Source of the DNA: an uncultured Verrucomicrobiota bacterium
GTDB taxonomy: Bacteria; Verrucomicrobiota; Verrucomicrobiia; Limisphaerales; UBA9464
NCBI GenBank assembly: GCA_903858835.1
Contig: CAIOKD010000244.1
Coordinates: 1 to 38,188, forward strand
Length of the DNA stretch: 38,188 nucleotides
Reading direction: 5' to 3'
The notes under the pieces were generated by a model. The model was not told where the DNA came from. It saw nothing but the letters and a program-made list of their open reading frames with translations, and did not search any database. The position numbers and the translations under genes were made by a program. Positions 24,238 through 33,006 of this stretch are shown here, piece after piece. Each line of letters begins with the position of its first letter. Positions within the stretch are counted from its first letter, which is position 1.

Positions 24238-25607
24238 GCCGGGAAGATCTCTCGGATTCGGCGCCCGTTGTTCACCAACTGGACCGGTCGGCCCGTGTTC
24301 GTGTGGAGCACCTGATTGGGATCGATCCCCATCTTCCAGTAGAGCGAGGCGGCGAAGTCCTCCGGGCGATACACGGCCTCCGAGGCGGCGTAGCCCTTCG
24401 CATCGGTGGCCCCGACCACCGCGCCCCGGGGACATCCTCCCCCGGCCATGAGGATGGACATGGCATGAGGCCAATGGTCGCGACCCACGTCCTTGTTGAC
24501 CTTGGGGGTGCGGCCAAATTCCCCCAGCAGCACCACCAGCGTGGAGTCGAGCAGGCCCCGCTGGTCGAGGTCCCGGATCAGCGCGGCAACCCCGCGGTCC
24601 ATGTTGCGGACCGAATCGCCCTTGTAGGCCTCGAAGAGCTTGGTGTGGTGGTCCCAACCGCCCGAGTTCACGGTGACCCACGAGACCCCGACCTCGACCA
24701 GGCGACGGGCCATCAGTAGGCGTTGGCCGAAGTCGTTGCGGCCGTAGTCATCCCGCACCTTTTTGTCCTCGCGCGACAGGTCGAAGGCCGCCTGGGCCCG
24801 GCTCGAGAGCACCAGGTCGACCCCCTGCTGGAGGTATTGGTCGAAGGAGACGGCCGGATCCTCGGCCAGGCGGTCGACGTGTCGGACCATGGCATCGAGC
24901 GCCCCCCGCAACTCCCGCCGGCTGGTGGCCCTGCCCTCGCTGATGTCGGCCGGAAGCACCACGTCGCGGACCTTGAAGTCGGGGGAGTTGGGTTGGCCGT
25001 CGATCACGAAGGGGGAGTGCTTGCCACCCAGGAAATTGGGACCGCCGCTGCGGGTCACCGAAGGCATCGACACGTAGGGCGGCAGGCCCTGGCGCTGCCC
25101 TCGAACCCACGAGACCACCGATCCGAACGAGGGATGGAAGGTGACGAACGCCCCGCAGGCCACCGGGACCGGCGTCGGGGAACCGGTCATCAGGTAGTGG
25201 TTGCCGCCCCCGTGGTTGGGATCTTTGTGGCAGACCGAGCGGATCACCGTGACCTTGTCGGCCACCTTGGCGAGCTCCGGCACCGCCTCGCTGAACCGGA
25301 TGCCCGGCACCGCCGTGGCGATGTCCTGGAAATTGCCGCGGATGTCCGACGGCGCCCCGGGCTTGGGATCGAAGGTCTCGTAGTGCGAGGGCCCGCCGTC
25401 GAGCCAAATGAGGATGCAGTTGACCGGTTTCCCTCCCGCCGAGGCCGCCGGCACGGGGGCCTTCTTCGCGCCGGCCTTCGCCGAGGCCTGGGATGAGGCC
25501 TCCAACCGCAACAGGTCGCCGAAGCCCGCGCCCATCAGACCGCCCAGGCCCAGCTGGATGAAATCTCGCCGGGGCATTCCGGCGCAGTTTCCGAGGATCG
25601 GGTTCAT
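24234..25607 (-). CDS. DUF1501 domain-containing protein with twin-arginine signal
   Basis: Track ORF of 457 aa with an ATG start 1 nt after the upstream stop. It has the Tat motif MPRRDFIQLGLGGLMGAGFG and the DUF1501 blocks CILIWLDGGPSHYETFDPKP and VGRDHWPHAMSILMAGGG. Confidence 0.9.
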   Translation of the reverse strand: MNPILGNCAGMPRRDFIQLGLGGLMGAGFGDLLRLEASSQASAKAGAKKAPVPAASAGGKPVNCILIWLDGGPSHYETFDPKPGAPSDIRGNFQDIATAVPGIRFSEAVPELAKVADKVTVIRSVCHKDPNHGGGNHYLMTGSPTPVPVACGAFVTFHPSFGSVVSWVRGQRQGLPPYVSMPSVTRSGGPNFLGGKHSPFVIDGQPNSPDFKVRDVVLPADISEGRATSRRELRGALDAMVRHVDRLAEDPAVSFDQYLQQGVDLVLSSRAQAAFDLSREDKKVRDDYGRNDFGQRLLMARRLVEVGVSWVTVNSGGWDHHTKLFEAYKGDSVRNMDRGVAALIRDLDQRGLLDSTLVVLLGEFGRTPKVNKDVGRDHWPHAMSILMAGGGCPRGAVVGATDAKGYAASEAVYRPEDFAASLYWKMGIDPNQVLHTNTGRPVQLVNNGRRIREIFPA

Positions 25608-25608
25608 A

Positions 25609-28600
25609 TCAATGGTTCAGCACGAATTCAGGAGAGTTGAGGAGCGCCCAGAAGACATCCTCCAGGGCGGTCTGCCGGGTGGCACCCGGCCGTGAGAAGG
25701 CGCCCAGGGCCGCGGGGAGTTCCTTGGCGGTGGGCGGACGGTTGAGCAGCAACAGGTACGCCTCACCCACCAGATCCGCCTCGGGCCGGGTGCTGTCGGC
25801 CAATCGGCGCACCCGCCCTTTGGGATCGGCGAGCTTGGCCTGCAGGGCCTTGGAATTCATGAGGTGCAGGCTCTGCACGACGCTCAGTTGCGCGTCACGC
25901 TCGCAGGGGCAGTCGCTGCTGGAGTTCGGACGGCCGAAGGCGTCGAGAAAGTGGGACGGGATCTTGTAGCTCCAGGTCTGCATGGCCCGGCCGCCCGGTG
26001 GCACCGCCGAGAATGTCTCCGACACCCCGGTGGCATCGCTCACCGCATCGACCAGCACCTCGGCGGGCAACCGGCGGCGGTAGGACCTAGAGAACTGCCG
26101 AGTGTCGGCCAGATTGGTGGCGTTGGGCTCCGAACTGAGCTGGTAGAGACGAGAGTTCATCACCGTCCGCAACAGGTGCTTCAGGTCGTAACCATGGGCG
26201 GCAAAGTCGGCGGCCAGGGCCTCCAGCAGCGCCGGATTCGCGCACGGGTTGGAACTTCGAAAATCATCGACCGGATGGACCAGACCACGCCCGAAAAAAC
26301 GGCCCCATACCCGGTTCACTGCCGCCTTGGCGAAGAAGGGATTCTCCGGCGCGGTCAGCCAGTCGGCCAGAGGACGGCGCGGATCCACCGAACCAGACGC
26401 CGCCAATTCCGGCCCCTCGGGCGGACGGGGCTTCATCGCCACCCCGGTGACCGGATGTTTCACCTCGCCTCCGGGGGAGAAATAGAAGGTCTCGGTCCCC
26501 GCAGAGATTGGCGGCGACAACCCGGCCCCCTTCTGCTTCACCGGCCCGAAGCAGGCCGCGAGTTGGTAGAAATCCTCCTGCCCCCACTTCTCGTTCGGAT
26601 GGTGATGGCACTTGGCGCATTCGAGCCGGGTGCCGAGGAAGAGTTGGCTGAACTGGGTGGTCAGTTCCGGCGGATCGCGGCGGTCCCGGTAGACGACCGC
26701 CGGACCGGACCGGTGGTTGGATCCTTCGGCCAACAGGATGTCGCGCACGAACTGGTCGTACGGGCGATTGGCCCGGAATTGCTCCCGGAGCCACTGGTCG
26801 AGCAGGAAGACGCTCTTCACGCCCACGCGATCGGGATTGGGGCGAAGCAGGTCGGCCCATTGATTGGCCCAGTAATCGGCGTAGGCCGGGTGTTCCAGGA
26901 GCCGGTCGACGAGGCGCCGGCGCTTGTCGGATGAGCCATCGGCGAGGAAGGCCCTCACTTCCTCCGGCGTCGGTAGAAGGCCCACCGCATCGAGCTTGGC
27001 CCGCCGCAGGAACTCGGCATCGGTGCAGAGGTCGGAGGGCAAGAGCCCGAGTCGCTGGAACTGGGCGAGCGCCAGGCCATCGATGAAATTGTTGGTCGGG
27101 ATGGCTGCATAGACCGAGGGCTTGAACACCCGATCGGCCGGCACCATCAGCGAGGATGCGGCGACCAATCCCATGTAGCGCGCAACCACCACGCCCTGCC
27201 CCGTCAGGCGCCCGATCGAGACCCGGCCCGACTCATCGACCTTGGCCAACTCTTTGTCGCTCGAGTCGAAGGAAGCCAAGCGGGTCACATCCCGGACACT
27301 ACCGTCCGAATACCGGGCCTCGACCTTGAGACGCTGCTGCGCTCCCTTGCGATAGCGACCTTCGGCCGGCGACACCGCGACGGATTTCAGGACGGGCTCG
27401 TTGGTCAGCGTGTAGGGCATGCCGGCGCGGATCCACCGGGTCAGCAACTGGTGAGTGGCAGACCCCGGTTGGAAACGCTGGCCTCCCTCGTGCGGCACCC
27501 GGGTCAGGGCCTTGAGGACGATCAGACTTTCCTCGGGAGCCGCCGGGAAAACCCGCCGACCGCGGGCATCGCGAACGATTTCGGCATGGTCGCCGACGGG
27601 ATCATGGGCGAAGACCGAAAGCTTGAACCCGCTCTGTCCCTCAGGCTTGGCGTGGCACCCGCCCGAGGCACAACCGGCCTGATGGAGCGCCGGAAGCACA
27701 TCGCGAACGAAACTCGGCGGCGGCGCATCGGCCCCGGTGCTACGGCGGGTCCGCGCGGTCACCGTCTCGGAGACCGACCCGATCGTCGCGCCCACTCCGG
27801 GCTCCAACTCTCCCAAGAGCTTTCCCTGCGAATCCCAGAGGCGGACCCGTCCATTGAAATCGCCGGCGGCGACCGTCCGCCCGTCGGGCGTCACAGCCAT
27901 CGCGAAGACGGTAGGAGTCATCTGGGCCACCCGGCGATGATCGGCCGTCGCGGAACTCTGTTCCCCGGTGTGGGACTTGAGACCGGAGTAGCGATCGATG
28001 CCTCCCCGATCGGTGGCCGCCCAGACCGAGGCGCTGTCCTCGGGCCATGCCACGGCGGTGATCGCGGCCATCGAATCGCCCAGCGTCACGATCTTCTCGC
28101 GGGTGCCGATGTCCCAGACCTTGAGTTGGCGATCGGCGCCCCCGCTGACCACCTGGGTGGCGTTGGTGTTGAAGGCCGCGCCGATGACCTGTGCGGTGTG
28201 TCCCTCGAGAACGGCCAAGGGCTCCGACTTGGCCGGATCCCAGACCTTGACCAGAGCATCGCCCCCGGCCGAGAGCAACCGACGACCATCCCGGCTGTAC
28301 TCGAGATCGAAGACGGTGTCGGCATGGGCCTTCCAGGAACGCTCGATGCGCCCGTCTGCCACGCCCAGAAGCCGCACGTATCCCGGGAGGCCGGAACCGC
28401 CGTCTCCCAGTGCCAGTCGAGAACCATCGGCGGAGAATTCCAGGGCGAGGACCCGTCCGGAAAGACCGGTAGAGATCTCCCGTTCGACGGTGAGCGACTC
28501 GGCATTCCAAAGGCGGACGCGTCGGAAAGAACCCGAGGCCAAGGTGCGCCCGTCCCGGCTCCAGGCCAGCGACTCCACCGGATCGACCGAGGGGGCCGAA

Positions 28601-29169
28601 CGGGCCACCCGGGGGAATCCTGGCTTCTGGAGATCATGGAGATCGATCCCTCCGGCCCGCGCGATCGCCAACCGCCGACCGGACGGGTCCATGGCCAAGG
28701 CGGCCACCGGACCGAAGGCGGGAGCGGCCGCTTCGAGCGTGACGGGCCGGGGATCCGGTTCATCGACCAGCACCCGGGCATCCCAGGGCAGCCCGTCCTG
28801 GATCCATTCCCGCAGGGTCCGGATCTGCCCCGGCGTCAATTGCTTGCGCGGCGGCATGTGGGGCTCGGCCCCGGGCAGCACCACGGCCAGCAGACGGCTC
28901 TCCTTCGGCCGCCTCTCCTGGACCACCGGCCCCTCTTCGCCGCCCTTGAGCACCTGGTCCCGCGTCAACAGCGACAGGCCGGCCTTCTGCTTGGTCTCGC
29001 CGTGGCAGGAGAAACATTCGTCGCGCAGCAGGGTCACCGCGCTGCGAGCCAGACGGTCGTCGGCACCGGAAGCCGCGCAGACCATCGCCAGCAGGACCGA
29101 GAGCCACGCCCAGGCCCGGAGGGTTCCGGACCCGGATCCGCATCGTGCTGGAAGGATGCTGTGGCTCAC
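25609..29169 (-). CDS. PSCyt1 (planctomycete cytochrome c) - WD40 repeat - Big_2-like - PSCyt2 (DUF1549) - PSD1 (DUF1553) protein
   Basis: Track ORF of 1186 aa with the signal LRAWAWLSVLLAMVCAASG. CFSCHG (29002-29016) lies in a PSCyt1-like context. WD40 strand-D motifs are present (VRLWNAES, VKVWDPAK, LKVWDIGT, VRLWDSQG). A second Cys motif is GCASGGCH. The Ig-like segment is LKVEARYSDGSVRDVTRLASF. The DUF1549 block is LAQFQRLGLLPSDLCTDAEFLRRAKLDAVGLLPTPEEV. The DUF1553 block is CAKCHHHPNEKWGQEDFYQLAACF. Confidence 0.9.
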   Translation of the reverse strand: MSHSILPARCGSGSGTLRAWAWLSVLLAMVCAASGADDRLARSAVTLLRDECFSCHGETKQKAGLSLLTRDQVLKGGEEGPVVQERRPKESRLLAVVLPGAEPHMPPRKQLTPGQIRTLREWIQDGLPWDARVLVDEPDPRPVTLEAAAPAFGPVAALAMDPSGRRLAIARAGGIDLHDLQKPGFPRVARSAPSVDPVESLAWSRDGRTLASGSFRRVRLWNAESLTVEREISTGLSGRVLALEFSADGSRLALGDGGSGLPGYVRLLGVADGRIERSWKAHADTVFDLEYSRDGRRLLSAGGDALVKVWDPAKSEPLAVLEGHTAQVIGAAFNTNATQVVSGGADRQLKVWDIGTREKIVTLGDSMAAITAVAWPEDSASVWAATDRGGIDRYSGLKSHTGEQSSATADHRRVAQMTPTVFAMAVTPDGRTVAAGDFNGRVRLWDSQGKLLGELEPGVGATIGSVSETVTARTRRSTGADAPPPSFVRDVLPALHQAGCASGGCHAKPEGQSGFKLSVFAHDPVGDHAEIVRDARGRRVFPAAPEESLIVLKALTRVPHEGGQRFQPGSATHQLLTRWIRAGMPYTLTNEPVLKSVAVSPAEGRYRKGAQQRLKVEARYSDGSVRDVTRLASFDSSDKELAKVDESGRVSIGRLTGQGVVVARYMGLVAASSLMVPADRVFKPSVYAAIPTNNFIDGLALAQFQRLGLLPSDLCTDAEFLRRAKLDAVGLLPTPEEVRAFLADGSSDKRRRLVDRLLEHPAYADYWANQWADLLRPNPDRVGVKSVFLLDQWLREQFRANRPYDQFVRDILLAEGSNHRSGPAVVYRDRRDPPELTTQFSQLFLGTRLECAKCHHHPNEKWGQEDFYQLAACFGPVKQKGAGLSPPISAGTETFYFSPGGEVKHPVTGVAMKPRPPEGPELAASGSVDPRRPLADWLTAPENPFFAKAAVNRVWGRFFGRGLVHPVDDFRSSNPCANPALLEALAADFAAHGYDLKHLLRTVMNSRLYQLSSEPNATNLADTRQFSRSYRRRLPAEVLVDAVSDATGVSETFSAVPPGGRAMQTWSYKIPSHFLDAFGRPNSSSDCPCERDAQLSVVQSLHLMNSKALQAKLADPKGRVRRLADSTRPEADLVGEAYLLLLNRPPTAKELPAALGAFSRPGATRQTALEDVFWALLNSPEFVLNH

Positions 29170-29277
29170 GGGAAAAGGTGCCCCTGAATGTGGACCCGCG
29201 CCACGGGCAAAGGCAACCGCGATGCCAAGGCCAGATGTCGAGGGCTTCCCCGCCGCTGAGGAGGCCCGCTTCGACCC

Positions 29278-32200
29278 TCAGCGTGCCGGCGGAGAGGCTG
29301 AGACCTCGCGCTGGCCCGCCATCAACGGCACTGACGACTTCCGTCCATCAGGCCAGACGATGTCCAACGACTCGATCTTCCGATCTCCCGTCCCCAGGAC
29401 CGGCACCGGGTCGTCGCAGGAACCATCACCGGACCCGAGGTGGATCTCACGCCAAGGGCCGGCGCCCTGCGCCGATGTCCACCGCACCCGGGCGCCGATG
29501 GCCGACGGATTGGCACCGCCCCCGGACAGGCGGACGCGCAGGCCCGGACGGGCTCCCACATTGTGCCACAGCGTCGTTTCGCCCCCGTTCTGTCCCACCG
29601 CCAGGTCCACCCGGCCATCGCGGTCGTAATCACAGACTGCAGCACCGCGCCCATCGCCCGGAACGGTCACTCCGGTGTTCTCCTCGGGCGTGAATCCACC
29701 GCGCCCGTCGCCCCGAAGCCACAGCCCACGGCCAGCGTCGAAGCGCTCGGCGAACGGGTGTGCCGTGGAGAGGTTCTGGGACACGAACAGGTCTTCATGA
29801 CCATCCCCGTCGAAGTCGGCGACGCACAGCGAGGACACCGGGGCGCGCTGGGCGAGGGCCGGCAGGGGCTTCACGGCGAAGCCCGCTCCCCGCTGGAGCA
29901 GCAGCACCGAATCGAGGGTGTCCACCATCACCGAGCGGGCCGAGGCCATGGCGTCACCCAGGAGCATCGGCAGGGTGGCCTTGGAAAAGGCCGCCAGCGA
30001 ATCCACGCGCTCGCGGACCGTCGGGAACAGCGCCGCCCACAGGCCCATCTCGCGCTCGGGTCGATCGGCACCGACCGTGGGATCGAACCAGGTTTCGGCC
30101 AGGTCCAATCCCTCACCGGAGCCGAAGTCGCCATACCACAATCGCCGCGGCGCCTCCGGCGAGGCGGTCCACCGCGTGTTGCGACCCCAGTTGCCAAAGA
30201 CCAGGTCCATGCGGCCATCCTCGTCGAAGTCGCCAGCCACCACGGCGTTCCACAGTCCGGACAACTTCCCGGCGGTTCCTTCGATCACCGGATGCCACTC
30301 GACCCAACGACCCGCCTCGTTGCGGAGGAACGCGGGCGGGGCCCATTCGCGGGCCACCACGAGTTCCGGGCGACCATCGCCATCGAGATCCGAGAAGCAG
30401 GCGCCCGTCACCAACCCCAGGGTCTCCCAGCGGTTCACCGGGGTCAGTCGGCCTCCCTGATTGCGCAACAACAACGACGGCGCCGGCTCCGGATAGCGGC
30501 CGGCCACGGATCGGCCGCCCACGAATACCTCCAACGATCCGTCGCCGTCGACATCGGCCGCCGCCAGCGGCCCGACACCGAAGGCCGCCCCGACCAGGAT
30601 TTCGCCGCTGCGCCCACCAGCCGAATCGTACATCCGCAGGGCCCCGCCATTGGTGAGGCCGTCTTCGTAGTTGGAAATCCCCGCCAGCAGGACCCCGTTG
30701 ATCGGAAGGATCGAGGTCAGGTCACGACTGGTGGTCCGATGGAACGGAGGGGTTTCCCGGACCTCGAACCCTCCCTTGCCATCCTGGATTCGGATGCCGG
30801 GCCTGCCTCCCCGACCTGCACCCACCACCAGGTCGGGGAGCCCGTCGGCATTCAGGTCGGTCCAGGTCAGGCTGGGCCCGAGTTGTGAAAGACGGTGCGG
30901 CTGGGCCGGTTGTCGTCCGAAATCATCGAAGGGCTCGTCCTCATGCCGGTGGGCCAACCGCGCGGACTGGTCTTCGAACCATCGAAACGGCCGAGCAGTC
31001 GGGGGCGGTGATTCCTGGACCGGGGCCTCCTCCTCCGACACCTCGACGGCCAAACCCGCCGGGACCTCCCGCCACTCCGAGACCCGACCCGAAGGCCAGC
31101 GAACCCGGAGGCCCACCGATGCGGCACGCCCGGTGGCGAAGGATCGCACCGGCTCATCACCGCCCAGATAACGGCCACCGGCGATAATCTCCTGGGTCTG
31201 GTCGGCCATGCCCGCGGCGAGGACCGTCACCGAGGCACCGACGCCCCGGGTGTTCGGCGCGCGCCCCCGGAGACGCACGACGATCCGCGCCGCACTCGCG
31301 TTGTTGCGATAGATCGCCGGTGCGTCCATCAGGTCGTTCATCACCACGTCCAGGTCGCCATCGCCGTCGAGGTCTCCGAGCGCGGCCCCCTGCGAGATGG
31401 AGTCGGCGGTGAAGCCCCAGGCGACCGAAACGTCCTCGAAGGTCGCATCACCACGGTTGCGGAAGGCCACGTTCGGGGTGGCCAACCGCGGGAACGATTT
31501 GACCGCCGCGGCGATCTCAGCCGGCGTCTTGAGCCCGCCGCGCCGCTGGGCCTCGGCAATGCGCCGTGCCCCGTCCCCGTCCTGGAAATCCCGCCACTGC
31601 CCGTTCGGGACGAGCAGGTCTTCATGACCATCCAGATCGACGTCGAGGACCAACGGACCCCAGGACCACTCACTGGCCGCAACCCCCGACTGCCAGGCCA
31701 CATCGGCCCAAGTGCCGTCCCCGCGATTGAGCTGCAGGACATTCCGCTGCACCTGGGCCCGGTCGGAGGAACGCCCCGGCAGGCGCATCATCGGCGCCAT
31801 GCCCGCGGTCTGGGTGTGCCGCCAAGCCCGATTGCGGCTGAACATATCCACCGCAAAGAAATCGACCCGACCATCGCGGTCGAAGTCGCCGAAATCGACC
31901 CCCATCGAGAACGTCGGATTGCTCCGCAGGGCGGATGCCGCCAACTCCCGGAAGCGGAGCCTGTGATCGGGACCGGTCTCGTTGATCCAGATCCGGTCGG
32001 GCGTGTGCAGGTCATTGCAGACGTACAGGTCGGGCTTGCCGTCGCCGTTCATGTCCTGGAATCGGGCGGCCAGGCCCCAGTCCCGTGGCGAGGCCGACAG
32101 CGCCCGGCCCGAGGCATCCATGAACGCCCCGCCGGTCCAAGAAACCTTCGAGAAACGGCCACGGCCGTCGTTGAGGAAGAACGCATCGACCTCGCCCATC

Positions 32201-33006
32201 TCGACCACCTCCCCGCTGGGCTGGATCTCGAAGCGGTTCGTCAGGTCGGGCGCGGTGACCGGCCGCCCGTTCACCGCCACCACGACCGTGCCGGTGTCGG
32301 ACTGCCGGAGTTGGTATCGGGTGTTGGGTTGGTCGAGGACGGTGGTGGGTCGGAAATGCGCCACATAGAGGTCCAGGTCGCCGTCGCCATCCACGTCGGC
32401 CAAGGCAAGCGAGGTGGCACCGTGGAGCGATCGGAGCCCGGCCTCATCGGTCGTCTCCCGGAAACGGCCCGCACCGTCGTTCAACCAGAGCCGGGTGCCA
32501 CCGCCCAACTGGTTCACCAGCAGGTCCGGATCCCCATCGCCATCCACGTCGGCGAAGGCGGCGCCGGTCGAATCGTTGGCACCCGAGGAGGGATTGAGCC
32601 AATTCACACCGGACAGCGCACGTTCGGTGATGTTGGTGAAGCGCCAATCACCCAGGTTGCGGTAAAGGGCATTGGCGGAATCCAGGCTGCACAGGAACAC
32701 GTCCAATCGCCCGTCGCCATCCACGTCGGCCAGCGCCACGCCGGATCCGGAGACCAGGTTGCGATTGGTCACCGCCCGGTCTTCAGACAAGCGATGAATG
32801 AAGTCGATGCCGAGCGCCGCTGCCGACAGCCGAGTGAATCCCGGGGCCGATGGAGTCACCGACGGCAAGGGCTTCAGTCGCAATCCCGGCCGTGCCGGTT
32901 GGGCCGATACGGAACCCGCATGCAAGATCGCGGAGACGACCAGGACCAGAACCACGACCAGCGATCGTGGCATTCCCGTCCCTCGTCGGAGGCATGGCGC
33001 GCTCAT
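29278..33006 (-). CDS. CRTAC1-family protein: (FG-GAP/VCBS repeat propeller + ASPIC/UnbV domain) x2 (paralog B)
   Basis: This lies within track ORF 29278..33195. I trimmed it to ATG 33006, which overlaps the upstream stop (ATGA) and gives MSAPCLRRGTGMPRSLVVVLVLVVSAILHAGSVSAQ. It has many DVDGDGxxD(L/V) FG-GAP calcium-loop motifs. Two UnbV/ASPIC-like segments are present: NTRGVGASVTVLAAG...GGRYLGGDEPVRSF...RVRWPSGR and NPSAIGARVRWTSAQG...GSGDGSCDDPV...DIVWPDGR. Confidence 0.85.
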   Translation of the reverse strand: MSAPCLRRGTGMPRSLVVVLVLVVSAILHAGSVSAQPARPGLRLKPLPSVTPSAPGFTRLSAAALGIDFIHRLSEDRAVTNRNLVSGSGVALADVDGDGRLDVFLCSLDSANALYRNLGDWRFTNITERALSGVNWLNPSSGANDSTGAAFADVDGDGDPDLLVNQLGGGTRLWLNDGAGRFRETTDEAGLRSLHGATSLALADVDGDGDLDLYVAHFRPTTVLDQPNTRYQLRQSDTGTVVVAVNGRPVTAPDLTNRFEIQPSGEVVEMGEVDAFFLNDGRGRFSKVSWTGGAFMDASGRALSASPRDWGLAARFQDMNGDGKPDLYVCNDLHTPDRIWINETGPDHRLRFRELAASALRSNPTFSMGVDFGDFDRDGRVDFFAVDMFSRNRAWRHTQTAGMAPMMRLPGRSSDRAQVQRNVLQLNRGDGTWADVAWQSGVAASEWSWGPLVLDVDLDGHEDLLVPNGQWRDFQDGDGARRIAEAQRRGGLKTPAEIAAAVKSFPRLATPNVAFRNRGDATFEDVSVAWGFTADSISQGAALGDLDGDGDLDVVMNDLMDAPAIYRNNASAARIVVRLRGRAPNTRGVGASVTVLAAGMADQTQEIIAGGRYLGGDEPVRSFATGRAASVGLRVRWPSGRVSEWREVPAGLAVEVSEEEAPVQESPPPTARPFRWFEDQSARLAHRHEDEPFDDFGRQPAQPHRLSQLGPSLTWTDLNADGLPDLVVGAGRGGRPGIRIQDGKGGFEVRETPPFHRTTSRDLTSILPINGVLLAGISNYEDGLTNGGALRMYDSAGGRSGEILVGAAFGVGPLAAADVDGDGSLEVFVGGRSVAGRYPEPAPSLLLRNQGGRLTPVNRWETLGLVTGACFSDLDGDGRPELVVAREWAPPAFLRNEAGRWVEWHPVIEGTAGKLSGLWNAVVAGDFDEDGRMDLVFGNWGRNTRWTASPEAPRRLWYGDFGSGEGLDLAETWFDPTVGADRPEREMGLWAALFPTVRERVDSLAAFSKATLPMLLGDAMASARSVMVDTLDSVLLLQRGAGFAVKPLPALAQRAPVSSLCVADFDGDGHEDLFVSQNLSTAHPFAERFDAGRGLWLRGDGRGGFTPEENTGVTVPGDGRGAAVCDYDRDGRVDLAVGQNGGETTLWHNVGARPGLRVRLSGGGANPSAIGARVRWTSAQGAGPWREIHLGSGDGSCDDPVPVLGTGDRKIESLDIVWPDGRKSSVPLMAGQREVSASPPAR

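Noticed and set aside
24238-24681. N-terminal 148 codons of track ORF 22516..24681
   Set aside because: This part overlaps the DUF1501 gene out of frame and is Arg/Gly/Pro-rich. A GTG overlapping the DUF1501 stop, followed by a hydrophobic signal peptide, gives a much more plausible start at 24237.
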